Below are positions 25,565 through 28,172 of a stretch of 28,172 nucleotides of DNA, in pieces. Position 1 is the stretch's first letter. Each line of letters opens with the position of its first letter. This DNA is from an uncultured Gemmataceae bacterium. Lineage in GTDB: Bacteria > Planctomycetota > Planctomycetia > Gemmatales > Gemmataceae. The translations under genes and the position numbers were made by a program. The notes beneath the pieces were generated by a model. The model did no database searches. It saw only the letters and a list, made by a program, of their open reading frames with translations, and was not told the origin of the DNA. Location: assembly GCA_937949245.1 (NCBI GenBank), contig CALEEC010000416.1, forward strand, positions 1-28,172. The letters run 5' to 3'.

Positions 25565-26989
25565 ATGCCTCATGTTGCCACACCGTGTTCACGTCGAGAA
25601 ATGTTGCAGCGTTGTGCCAATGGCTTCGGTGCGGTCGCGTTGTCGATGTTGCTCGCCGAGCAAGGGCGAGCCGTCGATACGGCAACCGGCAAAACCGCGA
25701 CAAGGCGAGCAGTACAACATCATCCGGCGAAGGCGAAGTCCATCATTTTCCTCTACATGGATGGTGGCCCCTCGCAGGTGGACACCTTCGATCCGAAAGA
25801 CATGCTAACGAAGTACAACGGCCAAGATCCGCGCCGCATCTTCAAAGTGGAACCGACACAGTTCGACAACGTCGGCGAGGTGATGGCTTCGCCGTGGAAG
25901 TTTCGGCAGTATGGTCAGAGCGGCATCGCCGTTAGTGAACTGTTTCCACACATTGCCGAATGTGTCGATGACTTGGCGGTGATCCGGTCGATGGTGTCGA
26001 ATTTTCCCGAACACACGTCGGCCAACTATTTCTTGCACACCGGCACGGGCATTCAAGGCCGGCCGAGCATGGGCGCTTGGATCGGCTATGGCTTGGGGAG
26101 CGAAAACCAGGATCTGCCGGCGTTTATCGTCCTGAATGGGGGCTTGATTCCGCCGGGGGGACTGGACAATTTCAACAGCGGTTTTCTTCCAGCCGCGTTT
26201 CAAGGCTCGGTGTTCAAAGCGGCCAATCCGCCGGTCGCTAACATCCGCCGCTTGGAAGCAACCGAAGCCCAACAACGCAAACTGGCCCTTATGCGTCAGC
26301 TCGATCGCGGTTTCTCGGAGCGTTCAGGACGGGGAGACGAAATCGAGTCGGCCATCGCCAACTACGAAACCGCCTACCGAATGCAGACTTCTGTTCCTGA
26401 GTTGATGGACATTTCCTCGGAAACCGCTGCGACGCAACGCGAGTATGGCTTGGAATCGAAGTATGGCCCGACCAGGACATTTGGCACGCAATGCCTGATT
26501 GCTCGGCGACTGATTGAACGCGGAGCGCGATTCATCGAATTGACCTGCCCGAATACGGGGCATGATCGCTGGGACCAACACAGCAACCTCAAGAACGGCC
26601 ACGAAGACAACGCCCGCGCGGTCGATCAGCCGATCGGCGCGTTGCTCAAGGATCTGAAGCGGCGTGGCTTGCTTCAGACGACCTTGGTGGTCTGGGCGGG
26701 GGAATTTGGTCGCACGCCTTTTGCTCAGGGAGCCAATGGCCGCGATCACAACCCGTTCGGTTTCTCCATCTGGTTGGCCGGCGGAGGGATCAAAGGCGGC
26801 ACGGTGTACGGCGAAACCGATGAATGGGGCTACAAAGTGGTGCGAGACAAAGTCGAAATTCACGACCTGCATGCCACGATGCTGCATTTGCTGGGGGTGG
26901 ATCATAAACGCCTGACTTTCCGCTTCGGTGGCCGCGATATGCGGCTGACCGATGTCCACGGCGAGGTCATTGAGAAAATCCTGGCATAA
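25565..26989 (+). CDS. DUF1501 domain protein (sulfatase-like fold) with a Tat-type signal
   Basis: N-terminal SRREMLQRCANGFGAVALSMLLA (RR-type motif). Conserved DUF1501 blocks (…IFLYMDGGPSQVDTFDPK…, …LVVWAGEFGRTP…, …DHNPFGFS…). Partner of the upstream PSCyt/PSD gene. Confidence 0.85.
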   Translation: MPHVATPCSRREMLQRCANGFGAVALSMLLAEQGRAVDTATGKTATRRAVQHHPAKAKSIIFLYMDGGPSQVDTFDPKDMLTKYNGQDPRRIFKVEPTQFDNVGEVMASPWKFRQYGQSGIAVSELFPHIAECVDDLAVIRSMVSNFPEHTSANYFLHTGTGIQGRPSMGAWIGYGLGSENQDLPAFIVLNGGLIPPGGLDNFNSGFLPAAFQGSVFKAANPPVANIRRLEATEAQQRKLALMRQLDRGFSERSGRGDEIESAIANYETAYRMQTSVPELMDISSETAATQREYGLESKYGPTRTFGTQCLIARRLIERGARFIELTCPNTGHDRWDQHSNLKNGHEDNARAVDQPIGALLKDLKRRGLLQTTLVVWAGEFGRTPFAQGANGRDHNPFGFSIWLAGGGIKGGTVYGETDEWGYKVVRDKVEIHDLHATMLHLLGVDHKRLTFRFGGRDMRLTDVHGEVIEKILA

Positions 26990-27002
26990 AGTCCATGAAC
27001 AG

Positions 27003-27032
27003 ATGGCGATGTGGGCTTGGTCGCCCTTTTAG
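27003..27032 (+). terminator. Weak putative intrinsic terminator after the DUF1501 gene
   Basis: GGCGA-N11-TCGCC short stem (27005-27025) followed by CTTTT. Lies between convergent genes. Low stability. Confidence 0.25.
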
Positions 27033-27214
27033 CGCCCAGAACATCTCCATCTCATGTCAAGCTCAGGCAGGGCATAGCAACGCACACTCGTGCAAGGTTG
27101 GCATCAACATCGAGATGGTGCCGGTGCCACCTTGCCGCCGGCCGCTCCTGAAGATTCACGCTGCGGAGGACGATTCCCCCCTCGCCCCTCTCGTGCAGTG
27201 CCCAAGTTCACGGC

Positions 27215-28172
27215 TCATTCTTTACGCAAGGCTGGGATCAACGGGGCACGCAAGGTGCTGATAACGGCGATAGCAGCGACCGTCAGCCCCACCAAGATGG
27301 TCGCTCCGAGCAGAGTTGCTAGACGCAGCCAAGGGACATCACCTCCGCCGAGCAGTTGTGGGGCGACCGAGCCGAACGCGGCGATCACACCCGTCAAGAT
27401 GCCGAGCAGCAACAGCAAGGCGTTCTCGGCCAACATCAGGCCGTTCAAGGTGCGTTTGCCATATCCTAACGCCCGGAGTAGCGCCAATTCGCCGCGTCGT
27501 TCCCAGACATTGCGAAGCAATACCACCGACAAGCCTAGCACCCCCAATAACAGGCCGAAGCTGCCGAGCAATTGAAAGGTGGTCAAGTAGGTGTTCTGCA
27601 CTTCAAGATAAGCCGCCACGCGATCGCGACTCGGCGACACGGTGACGCCGTTGCGTCGCAGCGCCAGTGTCAGCAAGTTGGAGACTTCGGTTTCGGTCCC
27701 TGGTGCGGCTTCGATGAGGAAGAAGTTGAAATCTTCCTGGCGCGGAAACGCCTTGCGGAAGTGCGTGTCGGACAGAACGATTTCGCTCTGAAAGACGCTA
27801 TCTTGCAGCAAGCCGACGATTTTCAGTCGCAGCGGGCGACCCATTTCGTCGAATAAGGCAAAGTCGGGAGGTTCGAGTACATCCCCTAATCCGCGTTTGA
27901 GCATCCATTGGGCCGAGTTTTTTTCGACGAAGACCGGAATCGGCTCTTCGGCAGCACATGGCCGCTGGAGCAAACGCCACGGATTGGCCCTTTCTTCGTC
28001 GGTCGTGGCGAGGGTGTCAGCAAACTGAAATCCGCCGCGTTCGATCAACGTATCGGGGACGCTCAACAGGCGAGGTTTATTTGCTTGATATAGATTCAAG
28101 CAACTGGCATCATCGCCCCCGCGGAGGCGGAATGAAAAAATTTTAGTCGTTTGTAACACCTTTTCGGCAGCG
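27215..28172 (-). CDS. FtsX/MacB-family ABC transporter permease. The 3' portion is seen and the N-terminus lies beyond the window edge.
   Basis: C-terminal region has 3-4 TM helices typical of the FtsX permease domain (…FQLLGSFGLLLGVLGLSVVLLRNVWERRGELALLRALGYGKRTL…LLLLLGILTGVIAAFGS…LLGATILVGLTVAAIAVISTL…). It is preceded by a periplasmic-domain-like segment. The reading frame is open to the window end. Confidence 0.65.
   Translation of the reverse strand, partial: AAEKVLQTTKIFSFRLRGGDDASCLNLYQANKPRLLSVPDTLIERGGFQFADTLATTDEERANPWRLLQRPCAAEEPIPVFVEKNSAQWMLKRGLGDVLEPPDFALFDEMGRPLRLKIVGLLQDSVFQSEIVLSDTHFRKAFPRQEDFNFFLIEAAPGTETEVSNLLTLALRRNGVTVSPSRDRVAAYLEVQNTYLTTFQLLGSFGLLLGVLGLSVVLLRNVWERRGELALLRALGYGKRTLNGLMLAENALLLLLGILTGVIAAFGSVAPQLLGGGDVPWLRLATLLGATILVGLTVAAIAVISTLRAPLIPALRKE

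Noticed and set aside
26324-26959. 211-aa minus-strand ORF inside the DUF1501 gene
   Set aside because: Antisense to a gene with clear conserved DUF1501 blocks. No independent support.

Overview
This is a high-GC chromosomal window that looks Planctomycetota-like, judged from a PSCyt/PSD (DUF1549/DUF1553) gene paired with a DUF1501 gene, a ribosomal protein S9 with a Pro/Ala-rich insertion, and many PQQ-propeller and secreted repeat proteins. Reading left to right: (1) an unlisted 51-aa small membrane-protein ORF with a perfect Shine-Dalgarno and a hairpin terminator. (2) A membrane-anchored PQQ beta-propeller protein on the minus strand. (3) A clearly lower-GC glycan-modification block containing a tandem GT4 glycosyltransferase fusion, a small coiled-coil protein and an FkbM-family methyltransferase with a C-terminal coiled coil. 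(4) A cobT-cobS-cobC cobamide nucleotide-loop assembly module. (5) A stand-alone MCE/MlaD-like protein. (6) A secreted protein made of four tandem beta-sandwich-like repeats, followed by four ~30-bp tandem intergenic repeats. (7) The most unusual feature, a minus-strand operon encoding a P1B-type (CPC-motif) heavy-metal ATPase fused in-frame to an HflK-like SPFH/band-7 domain, then a 549-aa hypothetical protein whose C-terminus resembles DUF2325, then a canonical overlapping HflK/HflC-like SPFH pair. A ~650-bp hairpin-rich noncoding region lies upstream of this operon. (8) rplM-rpsI with a clean intrinsic terminator. (9) tRNA-Cys(GCA) with a textbook sigma70-like promoter. (10) The planctomycete PSCyt1/PSCyt2/PSD1 and DUF1501 gene pair. 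(11) The 3' part of an FtsX-family ABC permease running off the window edge. Many long overlapping ORFs in the six-frame track are shadow ORFs typical of high-GC DNA and were rejected.
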